DNA of 64,000 nucleotides from Raja brachyura (lineage: Eukaryota), in contig OY740784.1 of NCBI GenBank assembly GCA_963514005.1, positions 80,600,001 through 80,664,000 of the forward strand, given 5' to 3'. Below, piece after piece: positions 1 through 12,160 of the stretch. Under the pieces are notes generated by a model. It saw only the letters and a list, made by a program, of their open reading frames with translations. It was not told the DNA's origin and did no database searches. The number at the start of each line of letters is the position of its first letter. Position 1 is the stretch's first letter. Made by a program: the position numbers and the translations under genes.

Positions 1-3000
1 GTGCTAGCCAATTTAAGGTAAATATTTAAATAGTGTCTGAGTTGCATTTAACATGTTTACTATCACTGAAATATTTATGTCAAATTAAAATAAAATCAAT
101 TAGGACATTGAATAAAAGTGCATTACATAAAACATTAGCAACAGCATTGTCAATTATTCATGCACCGTGATGTGAGGGTTGAGATTACATAAGATTTTCA
201 TTTGAGGTGCAATTAGTTGGCTCTGCGATGATGAAGTTAACTGATTAGCTTTTGTAAACTCAGCTGTAATTCCCAAATTGGTGGTACACTTACCAGCAGA
301 GAGCTGCAGAGCACTGTGAACACTCACCTTATTGGCAACGGTCAAGATTCCAACAAGAACACTTGCCCTCCATCTCTGTCTCTATCCAGCTGGTTCTTTG
401 CCTCCCCCACCCGTTTGACTGCCTCTGTTCCTTGCCGTTCCATTTATTTCTGTTTCTGTTGGATGCTAGCTGGGACTCTGCTAATAACGTGCTGATCATA
501 GGTTTAAGTCCAATACCTATGTCCTGAGCATAAATCTTGAGCTGACCAGTCCAATATTGTGGGAACACCACATTGTCCAAGGAGCAATAACAAGGCAGTG
601 CTGTGCTGTCAAATCTTTTGGATCAGATTTCCAACCAAGGTGTCCATCCACCCTTCTGCCCAATTGGGGTATAACCAATTCTATGAACTATTTTAAAGAG
701 ATAGATGTTTGTATTACATTGGTCAGGTGTCTGCCAATATTTATTCCCTACATACTACATGAATTAACCAATAATCTAACTGTTATTGCACTGCTATTGG
801 GGGGGGGGGGGGTCATACTAGTTGCAAATAAGTTGCAATCTCCTACATTACAGCAGACACTGCATAAGATTAGAAGAACTACAGATTCTAGAAATCTAAA
901 ACAAAAGTAAAAAATGGTGGAAATATTTATGCAGGTCAGGCTGCATCTGTAAGAAGAAAAACAGTCAATTTTCAGGTAAAAGAATCTGCCATTTCTCAGA
1001 TGTTGACTGTTTCAACTTCCACAGATGTGAAAAGTGCTATAGAAATGCAAGACTATCTTCCTGTTTCTGCCTGTCACTTTCTCACTCCCAACCTCCCCGA
1101 ACCCCTCATGATAATCGGAGGATACCCCTTGACTAGAGGCAAGGCTACAGTGAAAATTTGCTGCTTGTTGCCATTTCTCCTGCAGCTAACGTCTGGCTTG
1201 AGTTGCACTTGATGTTTACACTCCGAGTCTTTCACTTGGAATCTGTGAGGGACTCGTGGGTTAATGAATGACAAAAACAGTGAAATTGATTGCTGAGTTT
1301 TTCAGAGAACTGAATCAAGCTTTGCCATGCAAGAGAAGGGAGGAGTAGTAACTTACAAGGACTGGGAACAGGAACAGGTCACGGCCCTTGAACCCTACAC
1401 CATGGCTGATCGTAGATCTATTTTCTAGCCCTGGCCCCAAATCCATTGAATCCCTTAATATACACAACAATATCAACTTCTGCTTCGAATGAACTCAATG
1501 ATTGAGCCTCAACAGTCTTTTGGGATGGAGAATTCCAAAGATTCATCACACTCTCGGTGAAATGATTGCTCCAACTCAGTCCCAAACAGCTACCCTAACT
1601 CCTCGGCTAAGGAACATTCTTCCTGGATTCGAACTCTGTCAGAACCTTGTGAGTGTCAGTGAGATCTTACAACCCATCCTCGTATCTAATCTTTCTGGTC
1701 ACTCTTAGGAAAGTTGGTAAAGTTAGAAGAGACTATAATGAAACCATGCAGTTTGATTTAAAATTTGAAGTTAGAATGAGCATTGGGAGGATGATGATAA
1801 TTTGTGATTCCGGTTAATTTCCCCCTTGTCCTGCCCAAATAATATAATGCCATCCCCCCCCCCTCCTCCCACTCCAAAGCAGATGTCTCTGAGGGCATAC
1901 CTTTATCAGGTTTCTGGGCACCCATCTATTACAGACAGTACTTCATCGTTGATTCCACTGTCTGTAACAGGACTGAATATTGGACCCTGCGAATGACGTT
2001 TAGACGACCTGTTTTAGGACACAACTCCTGTTGACTATCCATGATTGTGAAACATCACCGTTTCTACCTTTTCACCAAGTTAACGGATTTCCTGCATAAT
2101 TCAGTCTGATGAGATTCAAAAGACTGCATATGCTGGAATCTGGAACAAAAACAAACTACTGGATTACAAAAACCACCTGATTCAGCGGGTCAGGTAGCAT
2201 CTGTGGAGATAAAGAGAATGTTGCTGATTTGGTTGGAGACCCTGAATCAGGATTATTTCATTCCCTCCACATTTGCTGAGTGCTGAGTTTCTCCAGAAGT
2301 TTTTTTTTTTCTGATTCATTTTGAGGTAGAAAATGTGATACACATCACATTAACAAGGAACCTGCTATAAGAAGTGAAATAGCACCAAGCCAGTCCGTTA
2401 ATGTAGAGTTAGGCTCAAGTTACAGCACAGAAGCAGACCATTTACTCCAATTGCCCTCTACTGGTGTCCATAGGTCATGAGAACCCACTCCTCCTTTGGT
2501 TTTGGTCTAGAGTCTACTTAAGTGATTGATTTTGGCTGACACTCTTTGTGCCCGATGCACTAACTTTGCATGCAACCAGAAGGAGACCATTCCAGGAAAT
2601 GCTGGATTCATTTCTCTGCAGAATAGAAGCTGAAGCAACAATTGTTGCTCATCTCCACATGGGGTTCCATCAGGTGGGGTTAAGGTAATATAATTGTTTC
2701 ATGCTCAACATTATTTCATTAGTAACCATCACATGCACTCACAGCAAAGTATTATAGAATTATAAGAGTCGATAGCACGGAAACCGGCCCTTCGGCCAAC
2801 TTGTCCATGCCAACCATGATGCCTCAACTAAGCTAGTCCCATTTGCCTGTGTTTGGCCCATATTCCACCATATCTTCGGATATATCCTATCCGCGCACTT
2901 GCCTAAGTGTCTTTTAAATGCTGCTCAAGCTGCCTCAACTACCTCCATACTACCAACCTCGGCTATCTCCTGCAGTTATTTTTTTAAATCTGTATTGAGA

Positions 3001-3308
3001 CTATCGGATATCCAAACAGTTATCCATTACAAAAATGGTGTTCAACCTTAATACCAATTGGAAATTTGATCTCTCAACCATTGTGATATAAACCACCATC
3101 CTACACTGGGCCAAACTGTTCCCCGTTCCTGTTGATGGAGTTAGCTACATGTGGGAATGGAGTTTATCATGAGAAATCATCAGTCATTGATGATGAGATG
3201 ATCCGAAAGGTCTAACGATAAAGGTGACAGCGCAGTTCAGGTGATGAATTGTTGTTAGCCACCATAGCCATTATGTTTGCAGCAGAAAATGCAGATCTTC
3301 CACCTTAC

Positions 3309-3350
3309 CCAAATAAATTTAGTGATAGCTCTACTTGCTCCGAACATTCC
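3309..3350 (-). CDS. MBP: MBP micro-exon (equivalent to mammalian exon 5), 14 aa GMFGASRAITKFIW
   Basis: ctacag|GGAATGTTCGGAGCAAGTAGAGCTATCACTAAATTTATTTGG|gtaag, 42 nt, phase 0/0. Ends in KFIW, homologous to mammalian SRFSW. Confidence 0.92.
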
Positions 3351-4017
3351 CTGTAGTAGTGATGAGAAAAGGTGCCATGATAATCACCAAAGACAATTGG
3401 ATACATTGTTCCCAAAACAACAAGGACACAGAATACAATCAAGATCACCCAAGGTTTCCAACCAATGAGAGAATTATGGCAGTGCAGAATGACCAATAGA
3501 TATTAATTCAGCCAATGGTTTTCTTTGCAAACACAGATATCAGTGTTACAGAACAACACATGGTGGAAGGTATAGACAACACTCATGCCTCAGAGACCCA
3601 TAATTGTCTGGTTCAGTCCCACACTAGAGACTTGAACACACAATCCAAACAGATGCTCCTGGGTGTGTAGTAAAGGAGAGGTAGGTACCCTGTCTCTGTC
3701 ATATGAGGCCCCATCTGCCTTCCAGGCTAGAGATCAAGTAACTACTGAAGAAAGAGCAAGAGTGTTCTTGCTAAGGTACAAAACCTATACAGAGATATTT
3801 AAAAGAATTGTGCCTTGTTATTACTCTCATTATTGTCGATAGGACTCGTGCTCTTCAATCTCCTGTGCTTTACTTTCCTGCAGATCTTTAGCCAGTGAAG
3901 ACTGCTGTATAGACACCCAAGGTCATTTCTTGATTTTTAGAGGAAAGTGCTGCTTTGGTTTCTGGCCCTATCACAGTCTACGTAATCCAAACCCAGAGGA
4001 AGCAAGATATAATTTAC

Positions 4018-4050
4018 CTTCTGTTGGACAGGCACCTTCTTTGGTGACAT
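4018..4050 (-). CDS. MBP: MBP micro-exon (equivalent to mammalian exon 4), 11 aa MSPKKVPVQQK
   Basis: ctttttgtag|ATGTCACCAAAGAAGGTGCCTGTCCAACAGAAG|gtaaat, 33 nt, phase 0/0. Not in the ORF track. Continues ...FFKNM-MSPKK as in shark MBP. Confidence 0.92.
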
Positions 4051-4299
4051 CTACAAAAAGATAAAAGAATAATGGTTATATTGGAGGTAAACATGGTGTA
4101 CAACACAGTGGTGAACATTTTTCTTAGTGTTCCACTCAACAAATGGAACAGCATCTCTTATAAAAGATGAATTTGAAACCTCGCCTCATGGTGGATCCTG
4201 TTGCAACCGAAGATGCACCAAAGTGAGTCCTACCTGGCATAAAAGATGGCCAGGTAGCACTTTCCTTGGGAGGTTCTACTTGGAGACTGATAGTGATCC

Positions 4300-5670
4300 T
4301 AAATGTCCTGAGGGTAGATGATCTGATATTTCCACCAGATAACCTGGAGCTGCAGCTGGACAACCTAAGGATTTTCTGGGACACTGGGAGTTTCATTGAT
4401 AGGAGTTATAGAGATGGTCACATCTCTATAACTCCTAAAGTACAGGCAAAAAGCAAATGAGTGACCACTATGAAAAGCAATAGGTGCAGAGTGTAGGAAT
4501 CCCCTGCGGCCATTCACCTCGAAAGGAAGTGTATATTTTTGGAGACGGTTGGCGGATGGGGGCGGGGAGATTGTTCAGAGGAGTGTGGCAGCAGCAGTCA
4601 GGTCTCCGGCATCAGGCTTGGCTCTACAGCACAACGGAGGGAGGTGAAGTCAGACAGGGTAAAAGTTACAGGAGTTAAGGGGACAGACAGGAGATTCTCT
4701 GGCAGCTCATGGGATTCCAGGATGGTGTATTACTGGTGCCAGATTCAGTAAGTCTCAGAGCAACGGAAGAACATTCTCAAGGGGGAAGTGAGCAGCCAGT
4801 AGTTATTGTGTACATTGGCACAAATGGCATAGGTAGGAAAAGGAACGAGGTCCATCGGAGTGAATATAGGGAAGTATGCAAAAGGTTAAAAAGCAGGACC
4901 TCGAGGGTAGTGATCTCCAGATTACTACCCGTGCTCCGTGCTAGTGAGGGTATGAATAGAAAGATAGGACTGATGAATGCATGGTTGAGGAATTGATGCA
5001 GGGAGGTGATATTCATATTTTTGGACCGTTGAGTGTCTTCTGGGGCAGGTGACCTGTACAAAAGGGATGGGTTGCACCTGAACTGGAGAGGAATCAATAT
5101 CCTGGCAGACAAGTTTGCTAACACTAATAGGGAAGGTTTCAACTAGATTACTTTAGAGATACAGCACAGAAACAGGTGATTTGGCCCACCTAGTCTGCGC
5201 CAAACAGTAATCCTCGTACACTAGCCCTAGCCTACACACTTGGGCCAATTTATATATTTTTTTTTACTGTAGCCAATTAACCTATAAACCTGTACATTTT
5301 TGGAGTGTGGGAGGAAACCAGAGCACCCAGAGAAAACCCACACAGTGATGAGGAGAACGTCCAAACTCTGTACAGCCAACAACCGTAGTCAGGATCGAAC
5401 CCGGCTCTCTGCCCCTGTAAGGCAGCAACGCTACAGCTGCGCAGCATGCCACTGTAGATTAGTAAAGGAACGGATACGGTGGTGTGACAGCTGAGAGGCT
5501 GGAAGTTGCTACAGAAGGCATTGATATCAAGTTCAATAAATAGATAGGCTGGAGCATGGCAGGGAGGAAGCAAAGATGGTTGGATTAAATTGAATTTATT
5601 TCAATCCTCGAGGCCTGACAAATCAAGTTAATGAACTTAGGGCGTTGGGTAGGTACACGTGACTAGGAAG
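4300..5670 (+). mobile_element. CR1 LINE 5' region (ORF1 SGNH-esterase-like domain and start of ORF2 endonuclease), degenerate and interrupted by a SINE
   Basis: Peptides ELQLDNLR...IDRSYR...TPKVQ and EQPVVIVYIGTNGIGRKRNEV...LKSRTSRVVISRLLPV...MNAWLRN are typical of CR1 ORF1. Sequence near 5590-5650 resembles the APE start. Stops and frameshifts are present. Confidence 0.75.
5150..5455 (-). mobile_element. tRNA-derived SINE (HE1/V-SINE-like)
   Basis: Reverse complement shows a head of the type gcggtagagttgctgccttacag...gggttcgatcc, the gagtttg..gttctcc core and a ggcctgtttc tail. Confidence 0.8.
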
Positions 5671-5679
5671 TTACAGTCA

Positions 5680-5970
5680 CGGTGGCGCAGCGGTAGAGTT
5701 GCTGCCTTACAGCGATTGCAGTGCCGGAGACCCGGGTTCAATCCCAATTACGGGTGCTGTCTGTATGGAGTTTGTATGTTCTCCCCATGACCTGCGTGGG
5801 TTTTCTCCAAGATCTTCGGTTTCCTCCCAGATTCCAAAGACATTAAGGTTTATAGGTTAATTGGCTTGGTAAATGTAAAAAATTGTCCCCAGTGGGTGTT
5901 AATGTGCGGGGATCGCTGGTAGCCGTGGGCCGAAGGGCCTGGTTCCTGTTTTCTAAACTAAACTAAACTA
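5680..5970 (+). mobile_element. tRNA-derived SINE (HE1/V-SINE-like)
   Basis: Head cacggtggcgcagcggtagagttgctgccttacagcg...ccgggttcaatcc (A/B boxes), core ggagtttgtatgttctcccc, tail (ctaaa)n. Confidence 0.85.
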
Positions 5971-6530
5971 AGAAGGGTCTCTATTAAGAATTATAGCAGG
6001 ATTTTGGGCAGGACCTTCACAGTGAAGATCATGGTTGGGTCTTCAGGAGTGTTGTCTAGCAGAGGGATCAGGAATTACAAGAACATACTGTAGCTCCCTG
6101 AAAGTAACAGCAATTAAGTCGGGACTTTATGTTACATTTGTTCAAGAAATAAGGGAATATTGTGCTCAGTTTTGGCCATCCTGCCTTCGGAAAGATGTCA
6201 AAGAAGGTTTACGACAACGAGAATGTTTGATTGGTTGAAATGAAGAGATAAACTATTCCCACTTTATTTAAGATAATCTCCCTGAGATCATTTCCAGAAA
6301 TTGAAAACAATTGGCTTATAGATAGGAGCCCGCACCAGCCCCTTGGATAAACTCTCAATCTTCCAATCTATCTCTTTGCAGTACTTATAACACTGAGTTT
6401 ATTTTCTCTTTTGCACTACCTGATGTACTCGTATATGGTTTGATAGAGATAGTTTGTCACTGTATCTCAATACATGAGACAATAATAAACTGATACCAAT
6501 AAACCACAAAAATCACCAATATGCTCTCAC

Positions 6531-6635
6531 CATGTTCTTAAAGAAGTGAACAACAGCACTATCATCAGTCTGCCTCCTTCCTCCTTGATGGGCCTTGTGT
6601 GTGGGGGCCATTAGCACACTCCTGGTTGCTTGTTC
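6531..6635 (-). CDS. MBP: MBP internal exon (equivalent to mammalian MBP exon 3), 35 aa
   Basis: ttcag|GAA...ATG|gtgag, 105 nt, phase 0/0. [35 protein letters not shown] contains the hallmark VVHFFKN motif. Confidence 0.96.
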
Positions 6636-7339
6636 CTGAAACATATAAACAATTGATACTAAAGTTGAAAACAACTGCCATTTTGAAAAAAACAAACAAG
6701 AAAAAATGTAAGCAGCATTCTATGGTGCTAATCACGCACCTCATTAACAACTGCTTAAATATCTTAACATGAAAGGTAAACAAAATTTATCTAGGACAGC
6801 ATACAGAGGATGTATGTCAAGTTAATAGAAATGTTCACATAATTTGTCAATTTTGCATCAGTCAAGACACTATGAACAACGTTTGAGCAAGGGTAAAAAA
6901 TGCAAACATCTTTTGCAAGTAATACTCGAGCATGAGTGGTGGTTGGGGGTGGGGTGGGGGGGGGGGGGTGGTAGAGAGGGGTGAGTGTGCAGGATTAGGA
7001 TTATTCTGAATGAAAATGACCATCGACTAAGTGCCCACTGGTGATGTTATAAGTTCAGACCCGGTTATGAATGATACACAGGAAAGCTTGCTTCCCTTAT
7101 TGCCAGTCATGGCCTACTCCTGTATTCCTTCATAGGAAGCTTATGGAAAAATAGAAGTCAATGTATGACAATGTTTGGAATTATATATAATCATTACATA
7201 CAATAATTAAATCAGTGAATATAATATGGAGGAATTATTTTATTGTTTAGAATGGATTTGGCTATTCGTGGGTAGTCCCATTATAGGATCATTTCTCCTT
7301 CAATCACATTGGATTAAAAAATATTATATCATAATGGCG

Positions 7340-7434
7340 GGTAGACAAAAATGCTGGAGAAACTCAGCGGGTGAGGCAGCATCTATGGAGCGAAGGAATA
7401 GGTGACGTTTCGGGTTGAGACCCTTCTTCAGACT
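7340..7434 (-). mobile_element. PLE-derived short repeat with hammerhead-like core
   Basis: Minus strand reads agtCTGAAGAagggtctcaacccGAAACgtcacc. Same family as 20550-21065. A second copy is at about 7570-7692. Confidence 0.7.
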
Positions 7435-9047
7435 ATCATAATAGCAGTTCAGCAGATGCAATCAGCAGCCTAACTTTACAGATTGAGTAATGTTCCTTGA
7501 GGTTCCCCACTAAATAAATACAATTTTAGTTTAATGTGTTCATTCAAGGGGTGTGGTCTTATTGTGCAAGAAGGGACTGGAGATGCTTGCTTAAACCGAA
7601 GATGGACACAAAAAGCTGGAGTAAATCAGCGGGACGGCAGCATCGGAGAAGGAATGGGTGACATTTTGGGACGAGACCCTTCTTCAGACTGATGTGGTCT
7701 TATTATTTTAAATGCCTCTGAACAGAATTAAAAGTAAACTCCTTGAGTGTATCTAGAATCATATCTAGATAAGGATGGCAGCTTTCCTTCTGTGAAATAC
7801 ATCAGTGAACCAAATGGGATCCTATAGCATTCCAAATACCACCCAAACTAATGTGATGCCTTCCATAGTTGAGAAGATCCCATTGATATTAACTATCCTT
7901 AAAATTGTTCATTTATGGGTTTTACAGGGAAATTGCGAGTTTCTACTCAGCGCTCACCTGAGCACGAGGCTGAGATCTGGAACTCAAGAAGATGGCAATT
8001 AAAAGCCTGGCACCATGCCCTTCCTTTCACGCAACACCCTTGCAAACTTGGATTTAACACAACCTATTGCAACAGCAGTACACAAACTTTGATGATCGCA
8101 GAAGCTCTCCAGCTATTCGCAATTCAGTTCAGGTGAACACCATCTTGCAAAAGCAGAATTGTCTCATACTAAAGCCCATTCAGTGTGGCTCCCTGCTGTC
8201 CTGGCCCCTTTTCCCATCCCTACCTATACAAACCCAAACACCCATGGACATACTAGCACAAGAGTAGATCTATGCCTCTCATGCCTGTTCCACCCAGTGT
8301 TCGTGCACTTACCCCAATATTCATGATTGTATCACAAACTATTTAAAGATTTTTTTTGAACATTTTCAGTGATTGAGCACACACAGAACTTTTGTGCAGA
8401 GAATACCAAAGATTCACTGCCCTCTGGGTGAGTATATTTCATCTAATTTTTATCCTGAATGGATGACCTTTCATTTTCTTTTCAATTAATAAATAATTTT
8501 TCATCTAAGATCTAATTAGTTGATCCTCTATTTTGAGACTGTGGCCTCTGGTCCTGAACACCCCAGCTATGGGAATCACCAACTCCACCTGGACCTTGTC
8601 ACAGCCTGCAGGAACTTTATATATCTCAATAAAAGCATCTCTTATTCTTCTAAGACCTGGAAAGCAGGGACACAATTTGCTCCATTTCCATGGTAAGATA
8701 GATCTTGCATCTCAAGAATAATTTGTTGCACACTCTTTCTTTTTTACAGCTGTAGAACTTAGACCACAGGAACAGCCCCTTCGACCCACAAAACCTATGC
8801 TGACCATGGTGCCACACCTACATAGCTCTCATTCCCTGCCTGTCCATGCGTCTGTTTACAGGTAAATGTCTCTCAAACTCGGCTATCATGTTTGCTTCCA
8901 CCACTTCCCCCAGAAGCATGCTGCAGTCACATGTGTAATAAACTTGCCTCATAAATCTTCTTTAAAATTTCTTTCTCTTGTCTTAACTTTCCCCTATCAC
9001 CTTGTATCCTTCCTCATTCTAGACATGGTCTCACCAAAGCCCTATAA

Positions 9048-10410
9048 AGGCCCTGTCTCACGGTGCGAGTTGACACACGAGTGACCCAGAGTGACAGACT
9101 CGTGGTTGTGTACGATATTCCAAGTTGATGTGCAAGTGTTTGTGGCGAGTTCCCACGGGTATGGTAATCTGCGATGTTCCGAGATCGTCTCCAGAGTTAC
9201 CAAGTTCCCCTCCCGTTTGCTCTTGAGTTACCAAGTTCCTCTCCCGCTCAGGGCGTGTGTTGTTGCTGCAGTCCGGGATTCGCATTTAAAGCACTCGGTT
9301 ATCTTCAGCAGTTCAGGCGAGGACAGATTTGGGGGGGTGGGGGGGGGCGAGGGATGGTGGAATTGGGAGAAGGCAAAGACTATGGGTGGGGAGGAGTGAG
9401 AGGGGGGCTAGGAACGGCATCTGCGAAACGGGTAGTTAGGGTCCCGGCCCGAAACATCCCTATACATTTTATGATTTCCCTCCAAAGATGCAGTCTCCCG
9501 TGGTTTGTTTGCACAACTCTCTCCCCTCTCTCTCCCAACATTAGGGGGGGGGGGGGGACGACAAGATAGTTTAAACGGACCTTACCCCCACTTCATGCTT
9601 CTGTTGTGCATAATTCAGCAGTAAAACCTCTCTTCCCCTTACCCAGCGACGCCCGATTCCTCGCACCCCCACAAGTTCACATCGACGAGGGAAGAATGAG
9701 CGGGGAGTCTGAAGAAGGGTCCCGACCCGAAACATCACCCATTCCTTCTCTCCAGATGCGATGCCTGTCCCGCTGAGTTACTCCAGCATGTTTGTGTCTA
9801 TTGTCGGTGTAAACCAGCATCTGCAGTTCCTTCCTACACACCGACAGTGAAGTGCCTCGGCCAAATTAGGAACATGAGGATTCTCTGATGTGAAGGTAGT
9901 CTGGTTTGCATTTCTTACACTTGATCATATCCGAAACTAAAGTATAGATAGACACAAAATGCTGGAGTAACTCAGTGGGACTGGCAGCATCTCTGGAGTG
10001 AAGGAATGGGTGGCGTTTTGGGTAAGTCTGAAGAAGGGTCTCGACTCCATTCCTTCTCTCCAGAGATGCTGCCTGGTCCGCTGAGTTACTCCAGCATTTT
10101 GTGTCTATTAAAGAGTTCCCACGGTAGACGCACGGATCACTAAAGTTAACGCACGGGCCACTACGATATAACTCTGAGTTTAAATGTTTCAATTTTAAAC
10201 TTGACCACGAAATTTGACTCGTGGAAAAAGTCAAACATGTTTGACTTTTTTCACAAGTTCACAAGTTTCACGGGTACCTGCCGTTAGCGCCACGAGTGGA
10301 CAAGTTGATCGCGCGAGTTCCGACGTTCCCGCTACGTTGGCTGTACGTGATCACCACGAGTGAAAACTCGGGGTCATTCGTGAGCCAACTCGCACCGTGA
10401 GACAGGGGTT
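9048..10410. mobile_element. Non-autonomous DNA transposon (PIF/Harbinger-like) with nested PLE-derived repeats
   Basis: TIRs aggccctgtctcacggtgcgagttg and caactcgcaccgtgagacaggggtt, flanked by direct TAA (9045-9047, 10411-10413). CpG-rich subterminal sequence. Confidence 0.8.
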
Positions 10411-11889
10411 TAACTACATCTAGATACCTCTTCTCTTGTACCTAAGCCATCTTGCAAAATGGACAATCGTAACATTTACCTTCTTGTGGTGAAGATTGCA
10501 CACCTCTCTCACCAATAAATCTTGTTTAGAAATATCACAATGCTGAGACTATACAGCAGTATATGGTACCAGTGCTTAGACCAACATTGTATGCACATGA
10601 GCAAATTCCTTAGCAATCTAGCAGACAAGATGTCGCTAATTCCTGTCCCTAGCACATCCCTCATTTTAAACTAGACTGCCATAGGTTGTCGAGGTCTGCA
10701 CTCCTGCTATTACCTCCCTGAAATACTCTCCCTGCATTTACTTCCTAGACTTTCCTACACTCTGGATGGATGAGTAAGTTTTTACCCATCTTCCCTACTA
10801 TAGCCTATTCCCTGCAAGAGCCTGAAGAGATTTAACAAAATGCATGAAATTTATGATAAAAATGGACAGGACTTAACAACCTCACTAGAGTGGGCACCAA
10901 CAACAGGTGGCAACACAGATCAAAGGTTTATTCACAGACACATTAAAGGTGAGTTTGGAAGATATTTTTACCCAAACGCAGTGGTGGTCTGAAGCCCACA
11001 GCCTGACTGGGAGGTGGAGACTGAAGACTTACCTGGTTGAAAACTTGGGGCAAATCCTGTATGGTGTTTGCCTCTTTGTTGTTAGCTCTTTTTTCAGTTG
11101 GCATTGGCTGGATGACTTCCCACTTTGTTCAAGAATTACCACAAAGATGTGGGTTTTTACCAATACAACGCCATACAAACACTAGATGTGCCAGTAACAC
11201 TAAGAACTCAGTACAGAGCAGTGTAACTAAGGGAAGAAAGAAGAGAAACCCGAAGACCAAATGGATGGTGGACGTAAAAACAAGCTGATGTCGGTTGCTT
11301 ATAACCTTTCATGTGTTATCAGGTGAAATCACTGAGGTGAGTTTCTTAAAACAAATGCAGGGATATTTTAAATGCATAATGCTGCTATGAAATAACACTA
11401 TTGTTCTGGGTTGAGATAAGTATACAGTAAAAGTAATGGCATGGAAACACACATCAGATTAACATATATTCTCTGTCTCTCAAGGCTGGATGCAACAGAC
11501 ATAAAATACATCCTTTGTGAATGTTAACACAACAGCTGCAAAGGACCAGACAAGGGAAAGCTCTCTGTGAGCTTAGCTCAAATTATCTAAAAATGTTGTC
11601 ATGACAATATTCTCTGTTGCTAGGCTTTTGATACTAAAATAATTCTCTATTTTGAGAGGTTTGTTTTTAACTTCATGGTCCTATATAGGGATATCAAAGT
11701 AAATGTGGGATATCTGTACTGAACCCAGACATTGCTGACACTAGGAAATGTTAGACAAAAGGTTTGAGCGAGAAAGGAGGAGATTAATTGGAAATGTACT
11801 AAATGTTAGAACAGATAAAGAATTTAAATATTTTACAAACAGTCATTCTGAAAAAATGAACAGTGCAGTGGGAGGTGGTAGCTATATGA

Positions 11890-12160
11890 TAGATGGATGG
11901 TTGTGTAGTGGTTCAGTTACAAGACAATGGTCAAGGATCGAGAGACAAGAGTTCAAATCCCTGAGTGGCAGCTGGGGAATTTACATTCACATTATTAAAT
12001 TAATCTGGATTATCTTTTAAGCAAGTGCTTGTGTCAGTAACATTACTAGGATATTGTAAAAACCCACCTGGTCCAATACTGTGCCTGAGGTAAGTAAACC
12101 CGTTATCTTTACCTGCACTGGACCCTTGATCTACCGATATGATTGAATTTTAACTGCATC
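11890..12160 (+). mobile_element. Ancient Deu-domain SINE (SacSINE1-like), degenerate
   Basis: gagttcaaatccc..ggcagctggggaattt followed by ttgtaaaaacccacctggtcc.ata.tgtgcc...gg.aagtaaacc resembles the DeuSINE central domain as I recall it. Confidence 0.5.

Noticed and set aside
1-3308. MBP C-terminal exons (GTDGQR.../...SPARR-like)
   Set aside because: Not found by eye; likely downstream of position 1.
5680-5755. tRNA-like A/B boxes in many places
   Set aside because: All continue into the SINE core and tail, so they are SINE heads rather than tRNA genes.
6513-6695. ORF-track start and stop around the VVHFFKN exon
   Set aside because: The flanking residues are intronic; splice sites define 6531-6635.
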